Assembly (NCBI GenBank): GCA_964588975.1
Contig: CAZPRA010000002.1
Coordinates: forward strand, 1-50,492
Origin: an uncultured Oscillospiraceae bacterium
Lineage (GTDB): Bacteria; Bacillota; Clostridia; Oscillospirales; Oscillospiraceae
Direction of reading: 5' to 3'
DNA length: 50,492 nt
This document shows, in pieces, positions 36,269 through 48,842 of the stretch. Each line of letters begins with the position of its first letter. The first letter of the stretch is position 1. A model generated the notes under the pieces. That model ran no database searches and was not told the origin of the DNA. It was given only the letters and a program-made list of their open reading frames with translations. Both the position numbers and the translations under genes were made by a program.

Positions 36269-36437
36269 AATTCTCCCTCTTTCTTTGCTTTGTTGTGTTA
36301 TCATATCAAATTTCAAACAGAAATGGAACTAGCAAAGTGCAGAAATTGTCACATTTTTTTCAAAGTGAGAAAATGATACTTTATTTCCGGCGGGAAATGT
36401 ACTAAAATAGAGAAAACCAATTCAAACAGGAGCAGCC

Positions 36438-38825
36438 ATGACAAACGATTTTGAAAACCGCTTTATCACTGCCCGGCGCAACTACATTGCCCAGCAGTTT
36501 CACAATATGAACCCCCGCCAGCTCGAGGCGGTTCTGACCACGCAGGGGCCCCTTCTCCTTCTGGCCGGCGCCGGAAGCGGCAAGACCACCGTGCTCATTC
36601 ACCGCATTGCAAATATCCTCCGCTATGGCAGCGCTTCGGACACGCCGGAGCTTCCCGAGGGCATTACGGAGCAGGACGTTCTTTTTTTGGAAGAAACCGT
36701 TGCCCATCCATCCGATACCGTCTCGGCCCGTGCAGAGGAGCTTTGCCGTTTGGAGCCGCCTGCGCCATGGAACATCATTGCCATCACCTTTACCAACAAG
36801 GCTGCGAACGAGCTGAAGGATCGTCTGTCCAATCTGCTTGGCTCGCAGGGTCAGGACGTTTGGGCGATGACCTTTCATTCCGCCTGCTGCCGCATTCTTC
36901 GGCGGGAGATTCACCGTCTGGGCTATGATTCCAGCTTTACCATCTATGACACCGCTGATTCTGAGCGCGTCCTCAAGGAGATTTTAAAGGATCGCAATCT
37001 GGACGAAAAGGTGTTCCAGCCCCGCTGGGTTCTGGGCATGATTTCCAAGGCAAAGGATAAACAGCGCTCGCCGCAGGAATTTGCCGCCGATCTGGGCGAT
37101 GACTATCGCGGCAAAAAAGCCGCCGAGCTATATGAGGAATACCAAAAGCGCCTGAAAACAGCCAATGCTCTGGATTTTGACGATATCATCCTTTTGACGG
37201 TGCAGCTTTTGCAGGAGTTTGAGGACGTGCGCAGCTACTACCAGAAAAAATTCCGCTATGTCCTCATTGATGAATATCAGGACACCAACCATCTGCAATA
37301 TCTTCTGGCGCGGCTTCTGGCCGGTGGCTATGAAAATATCTGCGTGGTGGGCGATGACGACCAGAGCATCTACCGTTTCCGCGGCGCAACGATTGAAAAT
37401 ATCCTGAATTTTGAGGCGCAATATCACAAGCCCAAGGTGATCCGGCTGGAGCAGAACTACCGCTCCACACAAGCCATTTTGGACGCGGCCAATGCAGTCA
37501 TCTCCAACAACCGCAACCGAAAGGGCAAGCACCTCTGGACGAACAACGGCGCCGGTGAAAAAATTCTCCATTACGAGGCGCTCAACGAAAGCGACGAGGC
37601 AAGCTTCGTGGCAAATAACATTCTCTCGGAGTCACACGGCCGGAATTTCAGGGACTTTGCCATTTTATACCGCACCAACGCGCAGTCTAACGCTCTGGAA
37701 CACGCCTTCAAGCGCAGCGGTGTGCCTTACCGCATCATTGGCGGCACGCGTTTTTTTGACCGCGCCGAGGTCAAGGATATGCTGGCTTATCTCTGGGTCA
37801 TCAATAACCGGACGGATGATTTGCGGCTGAAACGTATTTTAAACCAGCCGCCTCGCGGCATTGGCGCCAAAACCGTCGAGACGATGGAGCGGCTGTGTAA
37901 CGCTTCTCAGGCGCCGCTTTATTCCGTGATCAGCGATGCCTATAACTATCCCGCTTTGGAGCGTTCGGCGCAAAAGCTCATGGCCTTTACCATCCTCATT
38001 GAGGAATGTGCCGCTCTTTTGAGCACGCTTTCTCTGCCGGATTTTTATGAAGAACTTCTCATCCGGACGGGATATGTCACCATGCTTGAGCAGAAGGACG
38101 ATTTGGAAAACCGCACCCGGCTGGAAAACGTCCGCGAGCTGAAATCCTCTATCGTGAACTATGTCGAAAACACGGACGAGCCCAGTCTTGCCGGATTTTT
38201 AGAGGAAATCGCCCTGTATACGGATATTGAGCAATACGATAAGGATGCAGACGCCGTTGTGATGATGACCATGCACGCCGCAAAGGGTCTGGAATTTCCG
38301 AACGTTTATCTCGTCGGCTGTGAGGAAGGGCTGTTTCCCAGTATGCGCTGCATTGGCGACGAAACGGAGCTGGAGGAGGAGCGCAGACTGTGCTATGTGG
38401 CTATCACCCGGGCGAAGAAGCGCCTGACCGTAACGGGTGCCCGGCAGCGTATGCTCTATGGCCACACCATGACCAACCGACCCTCACGCTTTTTGCAGGA
38501 AATCCCCGAGGAACTTTTAACACACAAAGCGCCTAAGGCAGCAGACTTAGCCGCACACTATTCCCCCGTGCCAAAAAGCGCCCCGCAAAAGCCCTCAGCC
38601 TTCCGGCAGAGCTATCAAAGCTTCCGCTCAGCGCCCACGCAGAAGGCCAATGTGCCGCAGTTCCGGCAGGGCGATATGGTGCAGCACGACGCTTTCGGTC
38701 AGGGAATGGTGCTCTCCGTGCTCAAAATGGGCAACGATGCCATGCTGGAGATCGCCTTTGATCAGGTGGGCACCAAGCGGCTTATGGCCGCAGCAGCAGC
38801 CTCGCGCATGAAAAAGCTGTCATGA
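36438..38825 (+). CDS. pcrA: ATP-dependent DNA helicase PcrA/UvrD
   Basis: AGAGSGKT, TFTNKAA, IDEYQD, GDDDQSIY, NYRST, TMHAAKGLEF, YVAITRAK, C-terminal Tudor-like segment. Confidence 0.95.
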   Translation: MTNDFENRFITARRNYIAQQFHNMNPRQLEAVLTTQGPLLLLAGAGSGKTTVLIHRIANILRYGSASDTPELPEGITEQDVLFLEETVAHPSDTVSARAEELCRLEPPAPWNIIAITFTNKAANELKDRLSNLLGSQGQDVWAMTFHSACCRILRREIHRLGYDSSFTIYDTADSERVLKEILKDRNLDEKVFQPRWVLGMISKAKDKQRSPQEFAADLGDDYRGKKAAELYEEYQKRLKTANALDFDDIILLTVQLLQEFEDVRSYYQKKFRYVLIDEYQDTNHLQYLLARLLAGGYENICVVGDDDQSIYRFRGATIENILNFEAQYHKPKVIRLEQNYRSTQAILDAANAVISNNRNRKGKHLWTNNGAGEKILHYEALNESDEASFVANNILSESHGRNFRDFAILYRTNAQSNALEHAFKRSGVPYRIIGGTRFFDRAEVKDMLAYLWVINNRTDDLRLKRILNQPPRGIGAKTVETMERLCNASQAPLYSVISDAYNYPALERSAQKLMAFTILIEECAALLSTLSLPDFYEELLIRTGYVTMLEQKDDLENRTRLENVRELKSSIVNYVENTDEPSLAGFLEEIALYTDIEQYDKDADAVVMMTMHAAKGLEFPNVYLVGCEEGLFPSMRCIGDETELEEERRLCYVAITRAKKRLTVTGARQRMLYGHTMTNRPSRFLQEIPEELLTHKAPKAADLAAHYSPVPKSAPQKPSAFRQSYQSFRSAPTQKANVPQFRQGDMVQHDAFGQGMVLSVLKMGNDAMLEIAFDQVGTKRLMAAAAASRMKKLS

Positions 38826-38864
38826 ATTCAGGCCGCCTGAATAGGAATATTCGGGGTGGTATCT

Positions 38865-41466
<2,602 letters not shown>

Positions 41467-41521
41467 CAAGCGCCGCCGTGGTATAATGCACGGCAGAACA
41501 TTTGGAAGGAACGAAACACAT

Positions 41522-42862
41522 ATGAGAAAATTTCTTGCAATCATCCTTTGCAGAATTCTGACGACAGTGGGCAAGCTGGTGGGAAAGGGGACAAGCCTTC
41601 CCGGAAAGTACGCCCTGAAGCTCTGCCCGGATGTGCTGCGCCAAATTAAAAAGCCAAAGGTCATTGTCGCGGTCACGGGCAGCAACGGTAAAACCTCCAC
41701 GGTGGAAATGCTTGCGGCGGTGTTCAAGGCCGGCGGCAAAAGCGTGGCTTATAACGCTGAGGGCTCCAACCAGATCGAAGGCGTGACCACCATGGTCCTC
41801 AATTCCTGCACACTTGGTGGAAAAATGAAGCAGGACGTGCTTTTGATCGAGTCGGACGAGCGCTATGCAAAGCATACCTTCCGCTATTTCCATCCCACGC
41901 ATTATGTGATTACCAATCTATTCCGCGACCAGCTCACCCGCAACGGCCACCCGGAGTGGGTCTTTGACGCCATTTCTCAGAGTGTGTTTGCAGACAGCAC
42001 CCTGATTTTGAACGCGGATGACCCCATGATTTCGCAATTTGGCTACCAACGCGAAAAGGTGATTTTCTTCGGTCTGGAGCATTGCGAAACGGATAAGTCG
42101 GTCTTTTCCGGCATTTATCACGACGGAGCCTATTGTCCCTTGTGCGGTAGGTCTATGGAATATGACGGCTATCATTTCGGTCATATGGGCTTCTATCACT
42201 GCGCTGCCTGCGGCTTTGCCCGGCAGAAGCCGGACTATGCCGTGACCGCTGCGGATCTTTCCAAAGGACAGATCACACTGAACGGAAGCGACACCGTTTC
42301 TCTGGCCTTTAAGAGCCTTTATAACGTCTATAACATTCTTGCGGCCTATGCCACGGCGCGTGCGCTTGGCATGGACGGTCAGACGATCTGCGGCGCTCTG
42401 AATGACTATATCCTGAAAAACGGCCGCTATGTGGAATTCACGCTGGGCGCTCATCCGGGAACCTTCCTGATTTCCAAGCATGAAAATTCTGTTTCCTATG
42501 ATATGTCAATTGACTATATTCTGGCGCAGAAAAAGCCCTGTAGTGTGGTGGTGATCGTCGACGCGGTCAGCCGAAAATATTTTACCAGCGAGACAAGCTG
42601 GCTCTGGGATATTCAGTTTGAGCGGCTCAACAGCAAGCTGGTGCAGAACATCTATCTTTGCGGAAAATACTGCAACGATCTTGCCATGCGCTTTTCCTTC
42701 ACCGATATTCCGGAAGATAAGCTGCACGTTTCGGCGGATATCGACGCCCTGTGCGCCAATCTCCGCGCCAATGGCTCTGAGCTCCTTTACACCGTTACCT
42801 GCTTCTCTGACAAGGGAAAATTCATGTCAAATGTAAGCATTCAGGAGGGAAGCAAGCAATGA
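41522..42862 (+). CDS. murT: Lipid II isoglutaminyl synthase subunit MurT (Mur ligase plus DUF1727)
   Basis: VTGSNGKTS, TNLFRDQLTRNG, LNADDP, CPLC..CAAC, SWLWDIQFE. Adjacent to a gatD-like gene. Confidence 0.85.
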   Translation: MRKFLAIILCRILTTVGKLVGKGTSLPGKYALKLCPDVLRQIKKPKVIVAVTGSNGKTSTVEMLAAVFKAGGKSVAYNAEGSNQIEGVTTMVLNSCTLGGKMKQDVLLIESDERYAKHTFRYFHPTHYVITNLFRDQLTRNGHPEWVFDAISQSVFADSTLILNADDPMISQFGYQREKVIFFGLEHCETDKSVFSGIYHDGAYCPLCGRSMEYDGYHFGHMGFYHCAACGFARQKPDYAVTAADLSKGQITLNGSDTVSLAFKSLYNVYNILAAYATARALGMDGQTICGALNDYILKNGRYVEFTLGAHPGTFLISKHENSVSYDMSIDYILAQKKPCSVVVIVDAVSRKYFTSETSWLWDIQFERLNSKLVQNIYLCGKYCNDLAMRFSFTDIPEDKLHVSADIDALCANLRANGSELLYTVTCFSDKGKFMSNVSIQEGSKQ

Positions 42863-43578
42863 ATAAGAGAATTTTGCACCTTTATGGTGACGTGATGAAT
42901 TTATATGGCGAATATGCAAACGTTTCCGTGCTGGCGCGTTTCTGGCAGGAGCTTGGCTTTGAGGTCAGCGTGGATACCCTCAGCCTTTATGAGCAAAAGG
43001 ACATCACCGGCTATGATTTTTACTATATGGGCGCCGGAACAGAGCGAAAAATGAAGCTGCTTCTTCCGGAGCTGCTGCGCTATCGCGAAACGCTTCAGCA
43101 GCTTTGCGATGAGGGAAAAGTCATGCTCTTTACAGGAAACGCCTGTGACCTTTTGGGCAAGCACATCACAGACGCCAGTGGGAAGTGCTTCGACGCCCTT
43201 GGTGTTGGCGATTTTGTAACGCTTGAGAGCGCACAGCGCATCACCGGAGACTGTCTCGGCCAAATGGATGGCATGAGTGAGCCGATTGTCGGCTTTATCA
43301 ACAAATGCAGCGCAAATCAGGGCATTGAAACGCCTCTGTTCAGCCTGCGCATGGGCTGCGGCAACGAAAAAGGAAAGAGCGCTGAGGGCTTCTGCCAAAA
43401 TTGCTGCCTTGGCACGCACGTGACCGGCCCCATTTTGGTCAAAAATCCTTCCTTCCTGCGCTATGTTTCCCGTCTGGCTCTTGGCGATGAGGTAGATTTT
43501 TCAAAAGCTTCCTATCCCTATATGGAAAAGGGCTATGAAGTCACGAAAAACGAGCTTCTTCACCGCCTTGGGGAATAA
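42859..43578 (+). CDS. gatD: GatD/CobQ-like glutamine amidotransferase-fold subunit with non-canonical catalytic residues
   Basis: HLYGDVMNLYGEYAN start, GPILVKNP end, ATGA coupling to murT. Confidence 0.8.
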   Translation: MNKRILHLYGDVMNLYGEYANVSVLARFWQELGFEVSVDTLSLYEQKDITGYDFYYMGAGTERKMKLLLPELLRYRETLQQLCDEGKVMLFTGNACDLLGKHITDASGKCFDALGVGDFVTLESAQRITGDCLGQMDGMSEPIVGFINKCSANQGIETPLFSLRMGCGNEKGKSAEGFCQNCCLGTHVTGPILVKNPSFLRYVSRLALGDEVDFSKASYPYMEKGYEVTKNELLHRLGE

Positions 43579-43584
43579 TAAACC

Positions 43585-43633
43585 AAAAAAACGATGCGAC
43601 CTGTGGCCGAACCGCAGATCGCATCATTGTTTT
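43585..43633. terminator. Bidirectional terminator between convergent operons
   Basis: GATGCGA..TCGCATC stem flanked by A and T runs. Confidence 0.6.
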
Positions 43634-43671
43634 GTGCAGAAATTTAAGTATGGCGCTTGGAAAAATGTCCG

Positions 43672-44382
43672 TCACACGACAAAGAAAAAGGGATTTTTAA
43701 CCTCACTGCCCCAAAGCGCCGTGGCGGTGCGCCACATGGCCTTGGCATGAATGCGGTCGTGCCAGATAAAACGGCGCAACACCTTGCGCAGCGTCCATTC
43801 CTCGCCGTCAGCGGCAACATACACCCTTCCGGAGAGAAAATCCGGCAGATCCTCCAACTCGGAAAGCGCCTGAAGCCGGTTTGTATAAAGATCTGGCATA
43901 TTCTCCGTTTCAAGGCCGAAAGCGGCGGTATAATAGGCGGTGGTGCTGTTCGTATGTTCGTACATTTCACGCGGCGTACGGGGAACGGGGCCATAGAAGC
44001 TCCGCCTTGGTGCGCGTCCAGAGATGTCCGGATTGGGAATGCTTTCATAAAGGCTCCTGAAATCCCGTGCGGATTTGAGCACCAGAAGCTTGAGTCTTCC
44101 GTATTCCTCCGGGCTGATGGGCTCGCGTTCCGCGTCAAAAAGCACATCGGAATCCGCGTCGCAGACCTGAAGCTCGGACTGCTTTTCCTGAACGATCTCG
44201 ATTTCCGGCAAATCGGTGGCGGACAGGGAAGTACCAAGCCAGCGCAAATAGCTGCGCATCTCTCCATCAAATTTCGCCAGCGCTTCATTTTTGCTCTTTC
44301 CGCGAACGTATGCCCCGGGATAGTTGGCGGCATAGATCAAAAAACCACCATCGTTAAATTCACAAACCGCTTCAAGCTTCAT
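43672..44382 (-). CDS. Hypothetical protein, HicB-like N-terminus plus DinB-like C-terminus
   Basis: YAANYPGAYVRGKSKNEAL (HicB-like), EMYEH, WTLRKVLRRFIWHDRIH (DinB-like His pattern). Confidence 0.6.
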   Translation of the reverse strand: MKLEAVCEFNDGGFLIYAANYPGAYVRGKSKNEALAKFDGEMRSYLRWLGTSLSATDLPEIEIVQEKQSELQVCDADSDVLFDAEREPISPEEYGRLKLLVLKSARDFRSLYESIPNPDISGRAPRRSFYGPVPRTPREMYEHTNSTTAYYTAAFGLETENMPDLYTNRLQALSELEDLPDFLSGRVYVAADGEEWTLRKVLRRFIWHDRIHAKAMWRTATALWGSEVKNPFFFVV

Positions 44383-44927
44383 CTGTTTTCCTCCTTGGCG
44401 CCAAATGAGAGCACCGCGTCCACGGGCATATCGTGTGCCTCTGTTGGCAGCTCGTCCACCAACTGAAAATCATAGCACAGGGCTATGGTTCTGTGCATCT
44501 GCTGTGCAAGAAAGCGGTCATAAAAGCCGCCGCCGTAGCCCATGCGCAGACCATCGCGCGTAAAGGCCAGACCGGGCATAAGCACGAGCGCTTCCGGCTC
44601 ATTTGCAGCTTCATCCGAGACGGGCTCGGGAATTCCACGATAGCCCGGCGCAATTTTACTGTCCGGATAGAGAGCAACGAAACGCATTTCCGAGCCATAG
44701 ATCTTCGGAACGGCCACACGCTTGCCATCGGCCCAAGCCCGGCGCAAAATCGGCTCGGTGCGCACCTCCTGATTGTAGCTCAGGTAGGCATAAATGGCCG
44801 GTGCATCCTGATAATAAGGATGGGCAAAGAGCTGTTCGGCCAGCGCAAGGGAAGTCCGTTCAATCCAATTGGGCGAGAGATTTTGTTTTTGCTGGGCAAT
44901 GCGTTTGCGAAGCGTTTGCTTGTCCAT
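44379..44927 (-). CDS. 5-formyltetrahydrofolate cyclo-ligase (YgfA/FthC family)
   Basis: KQTLRK, GIPEP, MPGLAF, RMGYGGGFYDRFL, EAHD. Confidence 0.93.
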   Translation of the reverse strand: MDKQTLRKRIAQQKQNLSPNWIERTSLALAEQLFAHPYYQDAPAIYAYLSYNQEVRTEPILRRAWADGKRVAVPKIYGSEMRFVALYPDSKIAPGYRGIPEPVSDEAANEPEALVLMPGLAFTRDGLRMGYGGGFYDRFLAQQMHRTIALCYDFQLVDELPTEAHDMPVDAVLSFGAKEENR

Positions 44928-44948
44928 AAAATCACCTGATTTCCGGCG

Positions 44949-47861
44949 TTATTCTTCCGCCGGCGTCTGCTCATCGCTCTGGGCATTCTCCGGCTGCGCG
45001 GCAAACTCCTGAAGCAGTGCGTCCAAATCAAATTCCTCCTGCGCGTCATCCTCTACAGAAATGTCATTTTCCTGCGTTTGCTCCGGGATTTCCGGTTCTT
45101 TTTCCTCAATCTCCGGCAAATGCGCATACGCTCTGCGGGAATACTGGTCAGGCAGAAGCACCGGTTTTTTGCGCAAAAGCAGGATCAGCGCTACAAAAAT
45201 TGCAAGGCACGCTCCGGAGACGAGCAATCCCAGCTTCAAACCGGGCGCATGGTATTCCAGAACAATCGTGTGGCTGCCAGCGCTCAAAGGGAAGGCAATC
45301 ACCGCGTCCGTGAGCTTCACATCCTGCACGCTTGCGTCGTAGGTTTCGGCAAGCGTGACCTCTTTTCCATCAACATAGGCGCTCCAACCCGGCTCATAGG
45401 GGATAGAGGTATAGAACAAGCCGTTCTGCAAGACCTCCACCGTTCCCTCCAAATGGGTGTCGGAGAACTCGGTCAGCACAAAAGGCTCGTCCGAAAGATT
45501 TGCCAAGCCCTCGTCATAGAGTGCCTGATCCATCCGGGCAACCTGCAATATGAAATTATATTTCCGATCTTCTTCGATCTTACAGGTCAGCTCAACCTCG
45601 TCTCCGGCCTTCAAAGAGCCAAGCGTGAACAGGGAAGATGCCTTGACGCTTCGCGTGAAGGCTTTTTCGCCGTTGAGATAGACGGTGACTTCCGAAGCAC
45701 CGTAGATTTTTGAGGAGGTCGCGCAGTAGAGGCCGTCTTCCTCAATGGTATAGCGAATGCGGAATTCCGCTTCCTCCGTCACGGCCTTTGTGGAATAGTT
45801 GAAGGTATGGCCGTTGGCCGTCAGGGTGCAACCTTCGTCGCAGTCCAGCTCACTGTGCGAAATCGGAATATAAAGGTTGCCCACAGTGCCGGTGGCTTCC
45901 GAGAACATCCGGTTCTGCTCGTCCAAGGGGTTCGCGCTGTTGTCGGCCACAAAATCCGTCATGGCGCTGTCCATCATGAAGCCCAGTGAGATATAGGACT
46001 CATTTTCCAGAAGTTTGACATCGCCGGAGCTGGCGACCTGACGGTTATAATCGGTGTTATAATGCTTGCCCTCGCGGTCAATGAGGTACTTGATTCCGCA
46101 CAGGGTGTTGGTAAAGGGCATTGCTTCATAGTAGGAATAGCGGTTGCTTCCCGGCCAGCTTGCCAGACCGAGCGAATGAGAGAAACGGTTGAAATTTACG
46201 TTTGCCGAGGAGGTAAAGACGGAAACACCGTAGTAGCCGTTCAGGGCGCTGTCGTTCAGGGTTTGGGTGCTCGTAACCTCCGTACGCCAGAACAGCTCCG
46301 TTTCGTTTTCCTCCACAAAGTCCAGAAGCGCCTCAACGTATTCACTCTGCCGGGGATAGATCGAACGCGTGGTACGGCCGACTTTGTCCACCGCAAAGCC
46401 CCATCCGGTTACCATTTCGCAGGTGACAATGAGGCAGAGCGTGAAAGCTGCAATTTTTTTCCACACACCGTTCTTTTTGTGGAGCAGGAAGACAACCAGC
46501 ATTCCGCACAAAACCAAGAAGCTCAGAGGCAGCACCATCATGGAAATCTTGGAATTGATTTCGGCGGTAAAATAGTAGTTGACCACAAGCAAAGCGCCCA
46601 GTGGCATTATGGCAAGCAGAGACCAATTGCTGCCGTGTTCCCATTGCAGATAGCTGCGATAGGCCGCAGAAATGAGCACAAAGCTGAAAACAAAGCTGAA
46701 GCGGTGGTAGAGCATATTGGGGAAGTGGAAGCCGTGCCAAACGTAGTCAAGCGCTCGGAAAAGAAAGCTCAGGCAAAGAAACAGCAGCAGAAGAATGTGG
46801 AAAACCTTCTCCTTGCGCTTGATTTTCCGGTTAAACAGCCCGTGAAGTGCCAAAAGGACGGCGGAAAAACTGCAAAAAACATTCGGCTCTGTGCTCTCAA
46901 GCTTGCTCACCTGCGTGCCGGGGAGCAGGTTAAGAAGAATGGTTCGAAAGCCCTGCCAGAGGCCGGGAAGCGTTTCGGTTTTCAGCAACTCCCAAACGCC
47001 GCCTTCTCCGATGTTGCCATAAGCGCCGGAGACCACCGTGTTCATGGCAAGCAGATTGAATTCCTTGCCTGCGGCGGAATTTGTGGTCTGCATGGCAAGC
47101 AGCGTGGGAATCAGCAGCGCAGCGGAAAGACCTGCGCCCAGAAGGGTGCAAAGGCCGATGCGTAAAAAGCGCAGGAAAAAATTCCGAATTCCGCGCCAGC
47201 ATAGGATACAGTAACCGATAAAACACAGAAGCACGAAAATGCAGCAAATATAGGCAATATAATAGTTGCACCAGAGGCAAAGCGCCAGCGAAACGACATA
47301 CAGACGGAATCGACCCTCGCGCAGAAGACTGACGGTTCCGGCAACCAGCAGCGGCAGCATGGCAAACACATCCAGCCATATCAGGTTCCATGCGTAGCCA
47401 CCGGCCCAAGCGCACAGAGCGTACATCAGAGCAAAAAAGGGGAGCGTAAAATCGACCTTGCGGAAGGTCGTGCGAAGGAAGACACCGAAAAACAGCCCGG
47501 CACAGCTCAGTTTCAGAACGGTCAGGAACGCAAAATACTCCCGCAGGAGACTTTCCGGGACAATCACGCACAGAAGATACAGAGGACTTGCCAGATAGTA
47601 GGCAAAAAGGGAAGCATAACCGGTGCCCATGCCGATGTCCCACGCATATTGCAAAGAACCGCCGGAGAGTAGCTTTTCCCGGAAGGAGACAAAGAAAGGA
47701 TAATACTGGTGCCACTCATCGTGAGCCAGAAGCTGCCCGTCTCCAAAGGGATAGATCCCCAAAACGGCATAGGAGATCCCGGCAATCAGGAAGGGGAGGA
47801 AAAAGCAGCAAAGCAGGAGAAGCCGTTCTTTTTTCTGCTGATACAGGGCAGAAATGTTCAT
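44949..47861 (-). CDS. yfhO: YfhO family membrane protein (GT-C-like)
   Basis: GIYPFGD, DEWHQYYPF, YYLASP, WHGFHFPN..YHRFSF, TSIPYEPGW..YVDG, final TM. Confidence 0.88.
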   Translation of the reverse strand: MNISALYQQKKERLLLLCCFFLPFLIAGISYAVLGIYPFGDGQLLAHDEWHQYYPFFVSFREKLLSGGSLQYAWDIGMGTGYASLFAYYLASPLYLLCVIVPESLLREYFAFLTVLKLSCAGLFFGVFLRTTFRKVDFTLPFFALMYALCAWAGGYAWNLIWLDVFAMLPLLVAGTVSLLREGRFRLYVVSLALCLWCNYYIAYICCIFVLLCFIGYCILCWRGIRNFFLRFLRIGLCTLLGAGLSAALLIPTLLAMQTTNSAAGKEFNLLAMNTVVSGAYGNIGEGGVWELLKTETLPGLWQGFRTILLNLLPGTQVSKLESTEPNVFCSFSAVLLALHGLFNRKIKRKEKVFHILLLLFLCLSFLFRALDYVWHGFHFPNMLYHRFSFVFSFVLISAAYRSYLQWEHGSNWSLLAIMPLGALLVVNYYFTAEINSKISMMVLPLSFLVLCGMLVVFLLHKKNGVWKKIAAFTLCLIVTCEMVTGWGFAVDKVGRTTRSIYPRQSEYVEALLDFVEENETELFWRTEVTSTQTLNDSALNGYYGVSVFTSSANVNFNRFSHSLGLASWPGSNRYSYYEAMPFTNTLCGIKYLIDREGKHYNTDYNRQVASSGDVKLLENESYISLGFMMDSAMTDFVADNSANPLDEQNRMFSEATGTVGNLYIPISHSELDCDEGCTLTANGHTFNYSTKAVTEEAEFRIRYTIEEDGLYCATSSKIYGASEVTVYLNGEKAFTRSVKASSLFTLGSLKAGDEVELTCKIEEDRKYNFILQVARMDQALYDEGLANLSDEPFVLTEFSDTHLEGTVEVLQNGLFYTSIPYEPGWSAYVDGKEVTLAETYDASVQDVKLTDAVIAFPLSAGSHTIVLEYHAPGLKLGLLVSGACLAIFVALILLLRKKPVLLPDQYSRRAYAHLPEIEEKEPEIPEQTQENDISVEDDAQEEFDLDALLQEFAAQPENAQSDEQTPAEE

Positions 47862-48703
47862 TGGGATACCTCCTTGGAATACAGTTGAGAGATCAAATCG
47901 GGAATCGTCTGCTCAAAATTGACGCCATACCAGCGCGCTTCCGGGTCGCTGGCGGTGACGCGGATGGTCTGAACCACATAATCTGCGGCCAGAGAAATGG
48001 CTCTTTCCGGGGAAAGGCCCCGGGTGAGGGCGCCGGTGCAGGTGGCGGCAAACAGGTCGCCGGTGCCGTGAAACACGGAGGGGATATATTCTGTGGCATG
48101 GAAATGATAGGTGCCGACAGAATCCATGGTGGCCACCGCCATGCGCCCGTCCTGCGTGCGAATTCCGGTTAAAATGGCGGTTTTCACCCCAAGAAGCAGA
48201 AGTTTCTCCAGAAGCGTCCGGACGAAAGCCTCGCCGTGGCGCTGGCGGTATTCCGTTCCCGTCAACAGGCAGCCCTCCGTCACATTGGGCGTGATGATAT
48301 CCGCCTGACGGCACAGTTCCTTCATTTTCCCCGGAAAATCGGGGGAAAAACCGGTATACAGTGCGCCGTTGTCCGCCATCACGGGATCCACGAGGAACAG
48401 GGCATTCTCATCAGCAAACTCGTCCCTTAGACGCTCCACTATGGCGATTTGTTCCGCAGAACCCAGAAAACCGGTATAAATAGTCTGAAATTTCAGACCA
48501 AGCTGCTTCCAGTGCCCGGTAATGGGCGCAAAATGCGCAGTCAGATCGGAGCAGTAAAAGCCGTCAAACACCGTGTGCGCAGACAAAAGCGCCGTGGGGA
48601 GGCACACACACTCCAGCCCCATGGCAGAAAGGATCGGCAAAGCAATGCTCTGGGAGCATTTTCCCACGCAGGAAAGATCCTGAATACTCAAAACTCGTTT
48701 CAT
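47858..48703 (-). CDS. pdxK: Pyridoxal/pyridoxamine kinase
   Basis: IQDLSCVGKCS, IYTGFLGS, VDPVMADNG, ITPNVTE, HGTGDLFA. Confidence 0.9.
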   Translation of the reverse strand: MKRVLSIQDLSCVGKCSQSIALPILSAMGLECVCLPTALLSAHTVFDGFYCSDLTAHFAPITGHWKQLGLKFQTIYTGFLGSAEQIAIVERLRDEFADENALFLVDPVMADNGALYTGFSPDFPGKMKELCRQADIITPNVTEGCLLTGTEYRQRHGEAFVRTLLEKLLLLGVKTAILTGIRTQDGRMAVATMDSVGTYHFHATEYIPSVFHGTGDLFAATCTGALTRGLSPERAISLAADYVVQTIRVTASDPEARWYGVNFEQTIPDLISQLYSKEVSQ

Positions 48704-48793
48704 AATGTTCCTCAGCAGGAGAAGATGATCTGCTTTTATTATAGCGCCTTTTCCCGGAAATTGAAAGAGAAAATGGAAAAAATCAGGAAAAAC

Positions 48794-48821
48794 TTGTATT
48801 TTTTCGTCAACGCGCTATAAT
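48794..48821 (+). promoter_or_regulatory. Sigma-A promoter of the amidohydrolase
   Basis: TTGTAT-16 bp-TATAAT. Confidence 0.6.
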
Positions 48822-48842
48822 CAGAGACAGGAGGGACGCATT

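Noticed and set aside
36615-36765. About 50-aa insertion after Walker A in PcrA as a possible intein
   Set aside because: Too short and lacks intein terminal motifs; likely a lineage-typical helical insert.
38819-38850. Sigma-E promoter upstream of yunB (GTCATG...AATAGGAAT)
   Set aside because: Spacing and -10 match are imperfect; too weak to call.
43672-44382. HicAB toxin-antitoxin system
   Set aside because: No HicA-like small ORF is adjacent and the gene sits in a housekeeping operon.
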